Below, piece after piece: positions 1 to 10,259 of a DNA stretch of 64,000 bases. The notes under the pieces are model-generated. The model searched no databases and had not been told where the DNA came from. It saw only the letters and a program-made list of their open reading frames with translations. The stretch's first letter is position 1; every line of letters starts with the position of its first letter. This DNA comes from a virus. Location: IMG/VR virus record IMGVR_UViG_3300008259_000013, positions 1 through 64,000 of that record; one strand, written 5' to 3'. The translations under genes and the position numbers were made by a program.

Positions 1-28
1 GGGGGCCAGCGGGGGCCGGGGGCGGGGG
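1..28 (+). other. G-rich tract, four G5 runs (potential G-quadruplex / terminus-associated sequence)
   Basis: GGGGG-ccagc-GGGGG-cc-GGGGG-c-GGGGG in an otherwise very AT-rich context. Confidence 0.5.
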
Positions 29-155
29 CGCACTATTTGCCCCTATTTGCACAAAATTGCACAAACTTCATTCTATTTCCCTTTTTATTATCTAAAACTT
101 GGCAAACAAAAAACCCCTCTATTTCTAGAGAGGCTGGCATTATTTGTCTTATTTA

Positions 156-314
156 TTATCCCTGCTTTATTTTATCTGATTTTTTGAAGAAACATAAGAT
201 GCTGAATAAGAATCCCAAACAAAACAAAATAGAAGCAACCCACTTATTATCTTGAACAAAATAAGCTGCTGCAACAAAAGCATACAAGACTGCCAAAGAA
301 ACAAAGTATTTCAT
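156..314 (-). CDS. small 2-TM membrane peptide (52 aa)
   Basis: Manual translation MKYFVSLAVLYAFVAAAYFVQDNKWVASILFCLGFLFSILCFFKKSDKIKQG; below ORF-track cutoff. Confidence 0.55.
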   Translation of the reverse strand: MKYFVSLAVLYAFVAAAYFVQDNKWVASILFCLGFLFSILCFFKKSDKIKQG

Positions 315-326
315 GTTATTTATTAT

Positions 327-464
327 TTAGAAGAAGTAGATTCTTGCAGATAAGAGAAACCCTAATACAAAATAACTTATTGCTATTTCTATTCCTGCGC
401 TCTTTGAGAGAATAAATGAAACAAAAGAAACCCCAAGCATTGCCAAAAAGGAAATGATTTTCAT
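327..464 (-). CDS. small 2-TM membrane peptide (45 aa)
   Basis: Manual translation MKIISFLAMLGVSFVSFILSKSAGIEIAISYFVLGFLLSARIYFF. Confidence 0.55.
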   Translation of the reverse strand: MKIISFLAMLGVSFVSFILSKSAGIEIAISYFVLGFLLSARIYFF

Positions 465-592
465 TTTACTTCTGATGCTAGTAGGTCTAGAGCAAAGATT
501 ATTTCATCAAGTATTTCTTTTATTTCAGAATTGTCGATGGAGAGCTTGGCTGATTCTAGGTGATCTTGGGCTATTTCAAGAGCATTCATTTT

Positions 593-868
593 CTAATCAA
601 GATAAGATTTGGCCCACTTTGCGGCAATTGCGCTTTCAATCAGGAAGAGTTCCTTCTCATCTGCTTCGCCCAGAAGGTCAAGGTGTTCCAGATCCAGTTC
701 GATCCAAGCCAAGATGACTCCCATTGCGAAGCTGAAAAGGGCAACGTCAGCGGCGTCTGGCCCTGCTGCGGCGAGGATTGCGTCAATGGTCTTCTGGTCC
801 TCCTGCTCAACTGCCTTGAGGTTTTCGAGAAGACGTTTTTTCAATTTATTTTTATCAGAGGTTGTCAT
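593..868 (-). CDS. hypothetical phage protein
   Basis: 91 aa ORF in tightly packed minus-strand array, overlaps upstream ORF. Confidence 0.75.
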   Translation of the reverse strand: MTTSDKNKLKKRLLENLKAVEQEDQKTIDAILAAAGPDAADVALFSFAMGVILAWIELDLEHLDLLGEADEKELFLIESAIAAKWAKSYLD

Positions 869-1058
869 TGGCTTGAACGAGTTTGAGGTTGATGTACTTG
901 GTGGCGGTTTCAGCTTCTTTCAATTTAGAATAGAGTTCTGCCGAGATGGGAAGAGTCTTATTCTCCCGAATTGCGTCTTCGCACTTGTCCAGCATGATGA
1001 CGAGGCAAGTCCGCAGAGAAACTAAATCGTTTGGGTTTATTTGGTATTTTTGATTCAT
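855..1058 (-). CDS. hypothetical phage protein
   Basis: 67 aa ORF, packed array. Confidence 0.7.
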   Translation of the reverse strand: MNQKYQINPNDLVSLRTCLVIMLDKCEDAIRENKTLPISAELYSKLKEAETATKYINLKLVQANDNL

Positions 1059-1063
1059 TTTAT

Positions 1064-1225
1064 TTATTCTTTGATGCTTCGCGCCAGTTTGCTGATCTTC
1101 TTGGAGATAGCCAAAGCAGTTTCGCTTTCGTTCCCAGCATACTCTTGAGCCAGTTCTAGTGCCTCCTCTGCCAGTTCGATGGCCTCGTCGAACTTTGCGA
1201 GTAATTCTGCTTCTTTGGTAGTCAT
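1064..1225 (-). CDS. small coiled-coil hypothetical protein (53 aa)
   Basis: Manual translation MTTKEAELLAKFDEAIELAEEALELAQEYAGNESETALAISKKISKLARSIKE; fills gap in array. Confidence 0.65.
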   Translation of the reverse strand: MTTKEAELLAKFDEAIELAEEALELAQEYAGNESETALAISKKISKLARSIKE

Positions 1226-1234
1226 GTTACTTGT

Positions 1235-1429
1235 TTACTTGTTGAGTGTAGCTGCGTCTTCTTCTTTTAGATAGAAACGATCATCACAAGCATCAGTAGC
1301 CAACATAATGTCACGAAGTGATTGGTCGTTTTCGGCAAGCTCATAGAGAATAGAGAATGATTCGCCGCTGATACCATTCTCATCATTCAACACCGAGATG
1401 ATAAAATTACGCAATAGTTCTTTATTCAT
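1235..1429 (-). CDS. hypothetical phage protein
   Basis: 64 aa ORF, packed array. Confidence 0.7.
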   Translation of the reverse strand: MNKELLRNFIISVLNDENGISGESFSILYELAENDQSLRDIMLATDACDDRFYLKEEDAATLNK

Positions 1430-1627
1430 ATCAAAAAAAAGGGGCTTTTGAGCCTGACCCCAAGGCTATTTCATTATTCGCAAACCACAATTTCGCCGTC
1501 GTTGTTTTGTTTCAGGCCCGTGTAGACAAGTATCTGGCCCCCGTTGTCGGTCTCCACTCCACAACCTAGCTTCTGGAGCTTGTTGACCAGTTCGATGACT
1601 TCTCTGATTTGATTTTCTTCCATATCT

Positions 1628-2008
1628 TTACCAGTTGAATTTCCAGCCGAAAAACTTGTTCAGTAAATCCAGCTCGGTCGCAGGAATGAAGCACTCCCGA
1701 ACGTACTGGTCAAGGCCCATTTCGGCATGAGTCTTGAAATTATTCTGCAATTCAGATTTAGCTTGCCCCGCCGTCGTGACGAAGCGGGAGCCGTAGCCCA
1801 TCTTGAATCCAACCTTTACCTCTGGGCAATGAGCCGCCAAAAGATTCAGGTCAGTTTCGGTGAGAGAACCCATCTGCTCGCAGCAAATGGTCTGAAGCAT
1901 TTTGAGGGTCATGGTTGGTTCCTCGGCGGGAATCTCCTCCCCAAGCTCAAGGTGGCTGACCTTGCACAAGTCGTGCAGGTCTGGGTCTGTAGGAATTGAA
2001 GCGTTCAT
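1628..2008 (-). CDS. hypothetical phage protein (start revised to MNASIP)
   Basis: ATG at 2008 lies 10 nt below a -35/-10 promoter. Confidence 0.75.
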   Translation of the reverse strand: MNASIPTDPDLHDLCKVSHLELGEEIPAEEPTMTLKMLQTICCEQMGSLTETDLNLLAAHCPEVKVGFKMGYGSRFVTTAGQAKSELQNNFKTHAEMGLDQYVRECFIPATELDLLNKFFGWKFNW

Positions 2009-2018
2009 TGCGGAAGAG

Positions 2019-2047
2019 AGCCTAGGCGAACCTAGGCCCCCTTGCAA
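2019..2047 (-). promoter_or_regulatory. sigma70-type early promoter TTGCAA-N17-TAGGCT
   Basis: Consensus match, AT-rich UP element upstream, ATG 10 nt downstream. Confidence 0.7.
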
Positions 2048-2055
2048 CAAATATT

Positions 2056-2925
2056 TTATTTATTTTCGAGGGCCGTTCCAGCCCCTGCCAGAGCGGCTTT
2101 GGCAGCGTTTGCCCTGCGGGTCACCCATGCCTTGTGGGCTGCAAGACTCTGCCTGCTGGTCTTCATCTGCTGCACAAGCTCCTCACCGGCTCCCAGATCG
2201 CCTTTGACCTCGGCGGCGGGGGTAACCTCCTGATCGGGCTTCTGAAGCTCGCCTTGGCCCCGCAGGGAAGTCTTGCGCTTCAGGATAGGGTCGTTGGTGA
2301 TGCAAAGGCAGATCATCGGCGCACGGCTGCTGATGTAGGTGTACCGCCAGAGCAGATTTATTTTATTTGAAATGTCTTCAATCTTGGAATTCATTTCATT
2401 CAGGGCATTCCTGAAATAAGTTTCAATTGCCTCTTGGTTGGAAGTTTCCTTTGCCATTTGGTTCAATTCAATTGGCAAATTGTCTTTGATGCGCCAGCCC
2501 AAGGTGAAGGTGAAGATGGCACAAACCCTGTCCCCATCCGCAAACACGTTGTTCAAGAACCTCAAGCACTCCACGCTCGGATTGCCACAAAAATCAAACC
2601 AGAAGAATTTATTGTTATTATTTAGGAGTTTGAGGTGATTCAGGTTCAGCTTGTCGTTTATGTATTTAGTTTTATTATCCTTATTCCTGTCTAGGAGATT
2701 ATTGACAGAATAGGTGCGGAAACTCTTCTCAAAACAAACAAGTTGAAGATCCAAGGGAATCTGCTGAATGCAATTCCTGTAGTCTTGGTAATTCAAAGCA
2801 AAGTTCTCAAATTCCCAGCTTTCTCCCGGCAGGGACAAGACTGAAACGGCATCGGTGAATTCGGCAAAGACTTCAAAGGTCTTCGTCGTCAGGTGGCGCA
2901 GGGCATTTTTACAGTCGTTTTTCAT
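2056..2925 (-). CDS. putative SAM-dependent methyltransferase-like protein with basic KAWxTRR tail
   Basis: VLSLPG (motif I-like), VCFEK (motif II-like), FFWFDFCG (motif IV-like). Confidence 0.45.
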   Translation of the reverse strand: MKNDCKNALRHLTTKTFEVFAEFTDAVSVLSLPGESWEFENFALNYQDYRNCIQQIPLDLQLVCFEKSFRTYSVNNLLDRNKDNKTKYINDKLNLNHLKLLNNNNKFFWFDFCGNPSVECLRFLNNVFADGDRVCAIFTFTLGWRIKDNLPIELNQMAKETSNQEAIETYFRNALNEMNSKIEDISNKINLLWRYTYISSRAPMICLCITNDPILKRKTSLRGQGELQKPDQEVTPAAEVKGDLGAGEELVQQMKTSRQSLAAHKAWVTRRANAAKAALAGAGTALENK

Positions 2926-2926
2926 A

Positions 2927-2992
2927 TCATTTATCTGAATTTATTTCGTTTAGGATTAGGAGGAACACCAACAAGACCAACAGTATTATCAT
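2927..2992 (-). CDS. tiny TM peptide (21 aa)
   Basis: MIILLVLLVFLLILNEINSDK; ATGA-coupled to upstream peptide, stop 1 nt before next ATG. Confidence 0.45.
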   Translation of the reverse strand: MIILLVLLVFLLILNEINSDK

Positions 2993-3075
2993 TTTTTCAT
3001 TGCTACAATAACTACAATTAGGATTGAAAGGAAAAAAAGGATTTTATCTGTAGTAGATTTGAATTCAATTCTCAT
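2989..3075 (-). CDS. tiny TM peptide (28 aa)
   Basis: MRIEFKSTTDKILFFLSILIVVIVAMKK; stop overlaps next ATG (ATGA). Confidence 0.45.
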   Translation of the reverse strand: MRIEFKSTTDKILFFLSILIVVIVAMKK

Positions 3076-3245
3076 AAAAGTAAAAACTAAATCAAAGCAG
3101 AGGTTGTGGCCTACCGGGGGCAAACTCTTTCCTGAACGTGCTTTCTAAGGAATTTCCCAGAGGAGTCTAGCAATAAACGAGGAAACAAATAAACCCCGCT
3201 GCCCTCTTCGACTCATCATCGTTCCAATTTAGTTTGAAATCATTT

Positions 3246-3872
3246 TTAGTGGTACTTGTAGGCGACGTTGGAGACAGTTTTATCCCAACAGGCTCGGCAT
3301 TGCAAGCACTTGTTTCCCTGACTTCCTGCTGGGCAGGTCCAGCTTGTCTTGGAGACCGAGGAGGTGACAACCCCCATACGGTTTGCCAATGCCACCGGAG
3401 GAGGGCCGTCGATCATGTAGCCCGAGATCCTGATGGTCAAATTTTCTGGCAATTTATTCTTTGTGGTAAATTCTGAAACGATTCTGTACTCCTTGGTAGG
3501 CAACCAGAATTTGATGTTTGGGAGGTTCTTTGCAATCTGGGCGATTTGTTCTAAATGCGCCAAAGATTGAATGTCGCCAGAGTCGAACCAGCGGAAGTAA
3601 CCGCTGCCCTCTGTCCCAGAGATTGCAAGGGTCATTGCCTCAACCCAATCAGGATTTGAAAGGGAATCGAACCTGCGAGCCAAGGCATTGACTACGTTGG
3701 GCGTAGGGTAGAAGCCCCGCATTGCATAGCATTTATTGCAAACGCTAGTTTTGAGCTTCGCCAGCTTGGACCCCATCTTGCAGTTCTTGGCCGGGATGGA
3801 CCAAGAGTGGCAGGGCATTTTACTGGGCTTGGAGAAGCCCCCGATCCTTTCGATTGCTTGAAGTAGCGTCAT
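3246..3872 (-). CDS. GP88-family phage protein (radical-SAM-like, Cys-rich)
   Basis: SKMPCHSWSIPA..C..G, CNKCYA, FRWFDSGD, FWLPTKE, C-terminal CP...CLQCRACW; start revised to MTLLQ. Confidence 0.8.
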   Translation of the reverse strand: MTLLQAIERIGGFSKPSKMPCHSWSIPAKNCKMGSKLAKLKTSVCNKCYAMRGFYPTPNVVNALARRFDSLSNPDWVEAMTLAISGTEGSGYFRWFDSGDIQSLAHLEQIAQIAKNLPNIKFWLPTKEYRIVSEFTTKNKLPENLTIRISGYMIDGPPPVALANRMGVVTSSVSKTSWTCPAGSQGNKCLQCRACWDKTVSNVAYKYH

Positions 3873-3882
3873 GGCGGGACAC

Positions 3883-3910
3883 ACTCTAGCCCCGTCGCGG
3901 GGCATTGCAA
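3883..3910 (-). promoter_or_regulatory. early promoter TTGCAA-N16-TAGAGT
   Basis: Same UP element (AAAATAAATAAAA) as the 2019-2047 promoter; ATG 10 nt downstream. Confidence 0.7.
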
Positions 3911-3930
3911 ATAAATTTTTTATTTATTTT

Positions 3931-4332
3931 TCAAAGATTCTTCTTGACTTCTTTCCAGTAGCGTTTGGTGGCACTCTTTTCATGCCCCTTGGGGCCACCG
4001 TTCCAGATCCTCGCCTTCTCCTCTGCGCTCTTGCCTGTAGCGTACCGGCGCAGGTACGCATCAAAAACCCTTTTAGAATATTCCAATTTATGGCAATCAA
4101 GATATTTGCCCCCAATGGACCTGTCGAAGTCTGTCGCGTCCTTCCAGTTCTCAAAGTGGATTTGCAGGGGGCCAATTGCCTTCCCATTGTCCCCAACGAT
4201 ATTTGGGCCAGTCCTGCCAGAGCTTTCAACCTGATGAATGGCTTTGGCTAATTCTGAATTAGAATATTCTCTATTAGAGAAACCATAGAGCAAAATTGAA
4301 CAAGCGGCGCAAATAAGAATAGTTTTTTTCAT
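3931..4332 (-). CDS. lysozyme-like (i-type/destabilase-like or SLT) murein hydrolase with N-terminal signal
   Basis: VESSG catalytic Glu, GDNGKAIGPLQI, WKDA, ARIWNGGPKG, YW motifs; hydrophobic N-terminus. Confidence 0.75.
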   Translation of the reverse strand: MKKTILICAACSILLYGFSNREYSNSELAKAIHQVESSGRTGPNIVGDNGKAIGPLQIHFENWKDATDFDRSIGGKYLDCHKLEYSKRVFDAYLRRYATGKSAEEKARIWNGGPKGHEKSATKRYWKEVKKNL

Positions 4333-4341
4333 TTGATTTAT

Positions 4342-5292
4342 TTATTTCGGGGCCAAGACTTCCTTGAAATCAACAAGACTGCCAGTCAGGTCTCTAATTA
4401 GTTCTCTCTCTACTCCTGAAATGGTTTTCTTTCCTGTCAATTGCCTGATAATATCTGCATCTGCTTTATTTACGACGTACTCAAGGCGATTGCCATAAAC
4501 GTCTTTTGAATAGAATTCAATTACCTTTTTCATATTTCCCTTTGGATTGCCTTGGTGAGTGTATCTTTTGCTCTTCTGATTCTTTCTATGTCTTTTTTGT
4601 AGAAGCAGGTGTTCTTGGGGTCAGCTTTTGTCAGGTTCCAGAATGCGTTTTCTGAAATGAAAAGAATTGCCCTTATTTCAATTAGCTCTTCTGCGGTGAG
4701 CTTGGCTTCAATAGAGTCTAGTGTAATCATAAATCAAAAGAAATAAATTCTGCTTTCGTCGTGATGCACGGGTTTGCCGTCCACCCACTCTACGCCAAAG
4801 GTCAGCAAAGGTCCAACATCTTCTTTCCGCAGGTAAGCGAAACCCCTGTAGGCTCCTGCGTCCATGAGGAGGGTCGTAACAAGGCCAGCGCATCCTTTGC
4901 GCTCCTTGTCGTGAATGTTCCAGCTATTGGCGAGGTAATGGTTCGCTCGCTCTTTGATCTTCTCGATCTCGATGGTCTTTCGCGCTTTCATCGAGGGCAA
5001 CCATAGCCCATCCAGAGGCGAGCGCAAGCTCTTTTTCAGAAATATTTCAAATATTTTTCAGCGGCATTTGCGGCAGGCTGGCATCGGAAATGCTCCACAC
5101 TACTTCATTTGAATTGGAACAAAGGATCTTTATTTCAGATGATTTATGATACTTCAAGAATGATTCTATTCTAAAGAAAGCATTCTCTAGTCCCTCTCTG
5201 GTCTTCTCATAAACTGAAACAAGAGTACAGGCTTCTGTTTCTATTTCTAATATGTATTTATTATCCCCTACAATATTTACCATAAACCACAC
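4342..5292 (-). other. run of four small hypothetical CDS (4342-4533, 4530-4730, 4734-4991, 5047-5292)
   Basis: Abutting minus-strand ORFs; 4991 start sits under a promoter. Confidence 0.7.
5000..5027 (-). promoter_or_regulatory. early promoter TTGCGC-N16-TATGGT
   Basis: ATG (MKARK, 4991) 8 nt downstream. Confidence 0.6.
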
Positions 5293-5299
5293 AAAAATA

Positions 5300-6000
5300 C
5301 TATTTATTTAGAATCGCGCAAAATTCCTTTATTTACAAGTTATTTGGCAAAACTGGCGCAAAATCGCGCAAAATTGCAATTAATATTCTTTATCTGCTAA
5401 TGGCGAAATTAATAACAAAACTAAACCAACTGCTATCCCCCAGCAGTTATTTGATACGACGCTGGCAAAAATGACAATCAAAGACACTATTAAGCTCATA
5501 ATAAAACAAACTTGATATAAACCCCGGAGAAAACCTAATAAAAAACTCTCTTTTGGCTCTTATTAGGTATTATTTCTATTAAAATTTGGTAATATTTGGG
5601 CTTTGAGTTCTCATTTATTTGTATTTACCCCGGGCAAAACTTAATAAAAACCCCCTAGCAAACAATAACAAACGAATGTTATTCCAGACAAAATTGCACA
5701 AAATAGAATGTAATTGATTAGCATTTTTTTTGATTTTCTCATAATAATTTATTCTACATAATTGCAAAAAAGGGCCATTTTATTGGGCTTTTTGTTTATT
5801 TTTCGGGGAATGAATTATTTAAATTAAGTTGTAAATATAAATTAGGGGCAGAACCAACTCTATCAAACTCTACTCTATTATAGCCTATATTATATCCTTT
5901 ACTTCTTCTCTTATTTATTGTTATATTTACCCTTATTGTTTAGTATGGGGAAAAGATATAATTATTTGATAAAAAGCCAACAAAAACGCTGTTTTTCTGT
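5300..6000. repeat. AT-rich largely non-coding region with short direct repeats
   Basis: AATCGCGCAAAATT at 5312 and 5362; ACCCCGG-N2-AAAAC(C/T)TAATAAAAA at about 5521 and 5627. Confidence 0.5.
5380..5499 (-). CDS. small TM peptide (39 aa)
   Basis: MSLIVSLIVIFASVVSNNCWGIAVGLVLLLISPLADKEY. Confidence 0.45.
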   Translation of the reverse strand: MSLIVSLIVIFASVVSNNCWGIAVGLVLLLISPLADKEY

Positions 6001-6006
6001 GGCTTT

Positions 6007-6096
6007 CTAGTCCTCGAAAGTGCTAACAAAAACAAGCAATGCTATCACAAAAATAACCATCAAAACAAACAACAAAATTCCTTCTATTATACTCAT
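6007..6096 (-). CDS. small TM peptide (29 aa)
   Basis: MSIIEGILLFVLMVIFVIALLVFVSTFED. Confidence 0.45.
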   Translation of the reverse strand: MSIIEGILLFVLMVIFVIALLVFVSTFED

Positions 6097-6207
6097 ATTA
6101 CTAGTCTTCCCTATTTATCCCTACAAGAAACAATATTTACCTTTATTTATATCTAAAAAGAAACAAAAAAGAACTAATTCCCAGCCCCGAATTAGCTCTT
6201 TTGTCTT

Positions 6208-9200
6208 TTAATATACCTTTTTATCTCTTTCCGCCCTCTCTTGGGCAGAGTAAGGTTTGCATTTTACCCTTGGGAAAGCGTTCCTATTCATGTAATGCTC
6301 TTGAAGTCCTTCAATGCGATTAAGAAGAATTTTATATTGAGGATGATCTTCATTAAGAGTCCCTAATATTGTTTTAGATACTCCCAATAGCAAATAAGCA
6401 TCGTACTCAAGAGAATACCACCTATCTAAAGATGAATTTTTATTTAATTTTACTTTCATATTGTTTTATTAGCTTTTGAGATACTGTTTTTTTGCTTTTC
6501 TTGCCTTTTGAAACTAACTGGCTGGCTACATATTGTTTGTTCCAATATTCTGAATCAACAAAATCACCATCACTCAAATAATCTAAAAGATTTTTAAATC
6601 CTTTAATATTCTTTTCAGTAGGTGGATATCTCCAAGCCCAATAATTTACTTGGAAAACTCCCGCTTTCGCAGTCGTATCAATACACATCTGCCAATTTTC
6701 TTCATCGTCTTTTGGATCAAAATAGTTTTTCCAAAATGATTTAATGTTACAAGGCTTTCTTGCTTTGCCGCCTTCGCAATTAGGCTCAAAACCTAATTCT
6801 AATAGCTTTTTGATTTCTTCTTCAGTAAATAATGCTGTTTTTTTAGTTTTATCAGTCATATTTTTATTTAATCAATATATCTACCTTCTCTGTTCTTCCT
6901 TGAATACTCATTAACTAAATTGAAATACTCTTCATTACGCCTCTTGAGTGACTCTTCCAGCCGCTCAATTTCGCGCTTGGCGACCTCACCAGAGCGTTTT
7001 GCCACCTCTCGCCATGCCTTGTCAAGCCCCCATACCGGGGCAGCGTCAGCAGTACAAGCAGCACCGCCAGAGTAGCAATTCTCTGTCCACTTGTCAAGAA
7101 TCTGATCTGTAACGTGTTTAATTACCTTATCATTACAAGAAACAGACTCAAGGAATTCATTCAAATCTTCTTCTCTGACATTATCAAGAAGATCGTGCAA
7201 GTCAATTTGTAATTTACCTTCTTTGTAATTAATATTCATTGTCAAGAAGTATTTCGATTTCAACTATTTCATCTGGATCTACTTTTTGCCCATTCTTATA
7301 TTTAAAAGAATAACTCAAATAACAATTCTGACCATTTGCTTTTTTAAGCCGCCGCGAATGCTTGCGTTGCGCCAAAATAGCATTTTCAAGATTAAAATGA
7401 CGGCTAATAAACACATCATTAAAAGAATCCCAAAGTTCAATCATATTTAACGAAAGAAACGAACTCCCCTGACAACAACAACATTTTCTTTTTCCGTCAA
7501 AAATTCGCCACCTAAATACTCGGAAACATAGCAGTCATTGTACCTTACATAGACTTCTCTTGGAATAAATTCAAGAGTTGTTTCGCCAAACTCAATCAAT
7601 GCCCCCATGTCAGGAGGATTAACTAATCTGGTATTTTCTGGCAAATTCAGGGCCAGCAGGTCTGCCTTGATCTTCTCAAGGTGCGCCAAGTAGGTTTTTA
7701 TCGTCATGCAAGGAGACGTTAGCAGGTTTTTCGCGCCCGTCAAGAGGTTTTTTAGGGTAAACCGTCATGCCCAACCCAGCCCATATCGCGGGGATCGTCA
7801 GTCTGGAGCCATTCCTCAACGTCAGCGGCGGCATCGCACAGCTTGGCATAGCAGGGGTGATTTGCGCCAATTGATTTTAATGTTTTATTTACTTCCTTTA
7901 AAAGGCGAATAACATCACCCTCAAGGCATTGCGATTCTTCTGGGTAATCTAGTTCCATATTATTCTTGCGGAGCTTGAGCTAAATAAAGCTGTCCTTGAG
8001 TAGCATTTAAAACAAAAGCGTTAATTGTTTTTAAAATAGGCGTAATGTCTACTCCTACTGTTTGCCTACCATCGCCCTCATAATTATTCGCTCTATCAGC
8101 GAAACTCCAAAACGCAAGAAAATCAGAATCTCCTAGCCCTTTGGAGTTAACAAACATCAGAAAAGGCACTTTATTTTTTAAACAAAATAACCTAAACTCT
8201 TCTACCTTTTCCAAAACCATTGCTTCTGTATCAGGCAGGATGTTCGTATCTATAGATGAACCGTCAATGTGTGTGATCTTCATTTCTTATAATGCACAAA
8301 ATTAGTGCAGTTACCTTTATGCACAAGATCCCAGCCATGACCATTATAGTGCTGAATATATTGACAACCATCTATTACTTTAATGTTATTGTTATTGATT
8401 CTGATCCAGAGTCCGTAACCAATAATACCAACAATAGCCAAAACAAATATTGATCCCCAAATAAAGTCTTCAGAACGCATTCTCATAGTTATTTTAAATC
8501 CATTTCTTTTACGTTGTTTGTGGTATATTGATGCAGTTCAGATGCAGTTTTATCAATTCTAAAAGCGTATTTATTAATAAAATGCTCTAGTAAAAATACT
8601 TCCGCTTTTAATTTAGAGTCAAAAACGCCTCCGACTTCCATGCCATCTACTAAAGCAAGATAAACTTTCATAATTATTCTACTTCTTCTTCGTGAATAAC
8701 ACGATCAATTTCTTTAGTCAAATCTTCTTTTGATTTTCCCGCATGGATACGGTATTTCATAAAATCGGCATAAACATAATCAATAGCTTTCTCTTTATCA
8801 GAGAAAACCTTTTCAACAAAAGTTCTATCACTATTCGATTCGTCAAGAATGATGTAAACTTTCATAATTATTCCACAGTTATTTCACTATCAGGATCAAG
8901 AATAACTAAATTATTCCCTGAGCAGTTTGTTCTAATAACATAAATAGCGTGATCTTCGCAATACGGATCTCTGCTGGCGTAAACGTCTGTGATAGTCGCG
9001 CCCCAAAAGTTTTCATGTATTAGTTTTTGCTTGGCGAGTTTTTTACCAACAAGTTGATCACAAAGTATTTGATTAAGAGACGATTTCATATTTATTGAAG
9101 TTCTTCAAGCAAACAAAATCTACAGCAATAAACATCGCCTTTTCAAGAAGACTTAGCATACTCTAGGCTTGCCAGTTCTTTTTCAGCTTTGCCGCTTTTT

Positions 9201-10053
9201 ACAAAATTAATTAATTTCTTTAACTCTTTAATTCTCAGATTATTAAGCTCGTTTTGTTGTCTTTGTTGCCTTACTTTCTCTTTATTAATGATATTATTCC
9301 AATGCTCATTCCATTCTTTTGTTACGTCTTTCTCTTTATTTTTATGAATGGTTGAATCGCCGTTTTTGTATACTTCTACCCATGTACAAGTGTATTTGCC
9401 CAATAGATCTCTTGGAATAATTTCACTAATTCCATGACCTAAAACTATAATTATTCCTTGTTCGTTCATCCTCTTTACATTAAAAGTCGTTCCTTTTTTG
9501 TAAGTATGTTTTGACCCCATGCAATCAAGAGTGAAATCTTCCTTGAGCGTAGCTACTGTTTGCTTGCGAACTATTTTATATAACTTATCCATAATTTATA
9601 TCTTTTTAATTTTTACGCTCCAGACTTCGGTATTGCGAGTCATTTCTTCGATGGCGCGATTCAGGATCTCGGCATCGGTCAATCCTTCAGGAGCTTGAAA
9701 CTCGACGTAAAAGTCAGGATGATTTAATTCCACTTGATAAGTAACAGTTTTGTTTTCCATGAAATTTAAATCTTTTTAATGTATTTAGGATGCACCGCAG
9801 TCCACTTGTTGAAACGGTCAGAGTTATACTTTTTAATGGAAGTATTAAGTGCTGAACCCCATCTTCCGTCTTTGCTTGCCCAAACTATTTTAAAGTTTTT
9901 GCTGCCTTGATATAGCTCGCCATTAGAGAATTTAAATCCATCAAAGCGGTTCCCATAATGATCGAAAACTAAATACCCTTTCTTGAGAAGACGATTAGCC
10001 TTTGCCGCTTTCCGCAGGATGTTGCGCCATCTGGCCTTTTCCAGTCTATTCAT
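6208..10053 (-). other. array of small hypothetical CDS (6208-6459, 6440-6859, 6868-7239, 7229-7444, 7447-7707, 7752-7958, 7960-8283, 8280-8486, 8489-8671, 8674-8865, 8868-9089, 9143-9592, 9766-10053)
   Basis: Abutting or overlapping minus-strand ORFs with A/T-rich non-SD leaders. Confidence 0.75.
7716..7743 (-). promoter_or_regulatory. early promoter TTGACG-N16-TAACGT
   Basis: ATG 7707 is 8 nt downstream. Confidence 0.7.
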
Positions 10054-10060
10054 CTTTGGA

Positions 10061-10089
10061 AGTCTCGCAGGTGCAGAACCACAAGGCAA
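10061..10089 (-). promoter_or_regulatory. early promoter TTGCCT-N17-GAGACT
   Basis: ATG 10053 is 7 nt downstream; weaker -10. Confidence 0.45.
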
Positions 10090-10259
10090 GAGAAATTGTG
10101 GAAAATTTCATCAGCCAAATTGAGAGTTGACAATGCAGGTACTTTGGGTTAGGGCCAAGAGCCAGCAAAGTCGCGCCTATAAGCCCTGCAAGCCCCACCG
10201 TCAAGAGGTTTTTTCTGTCAATTTTCATTTTTCCAGTCGTTTTTACTATTTAATATTAA

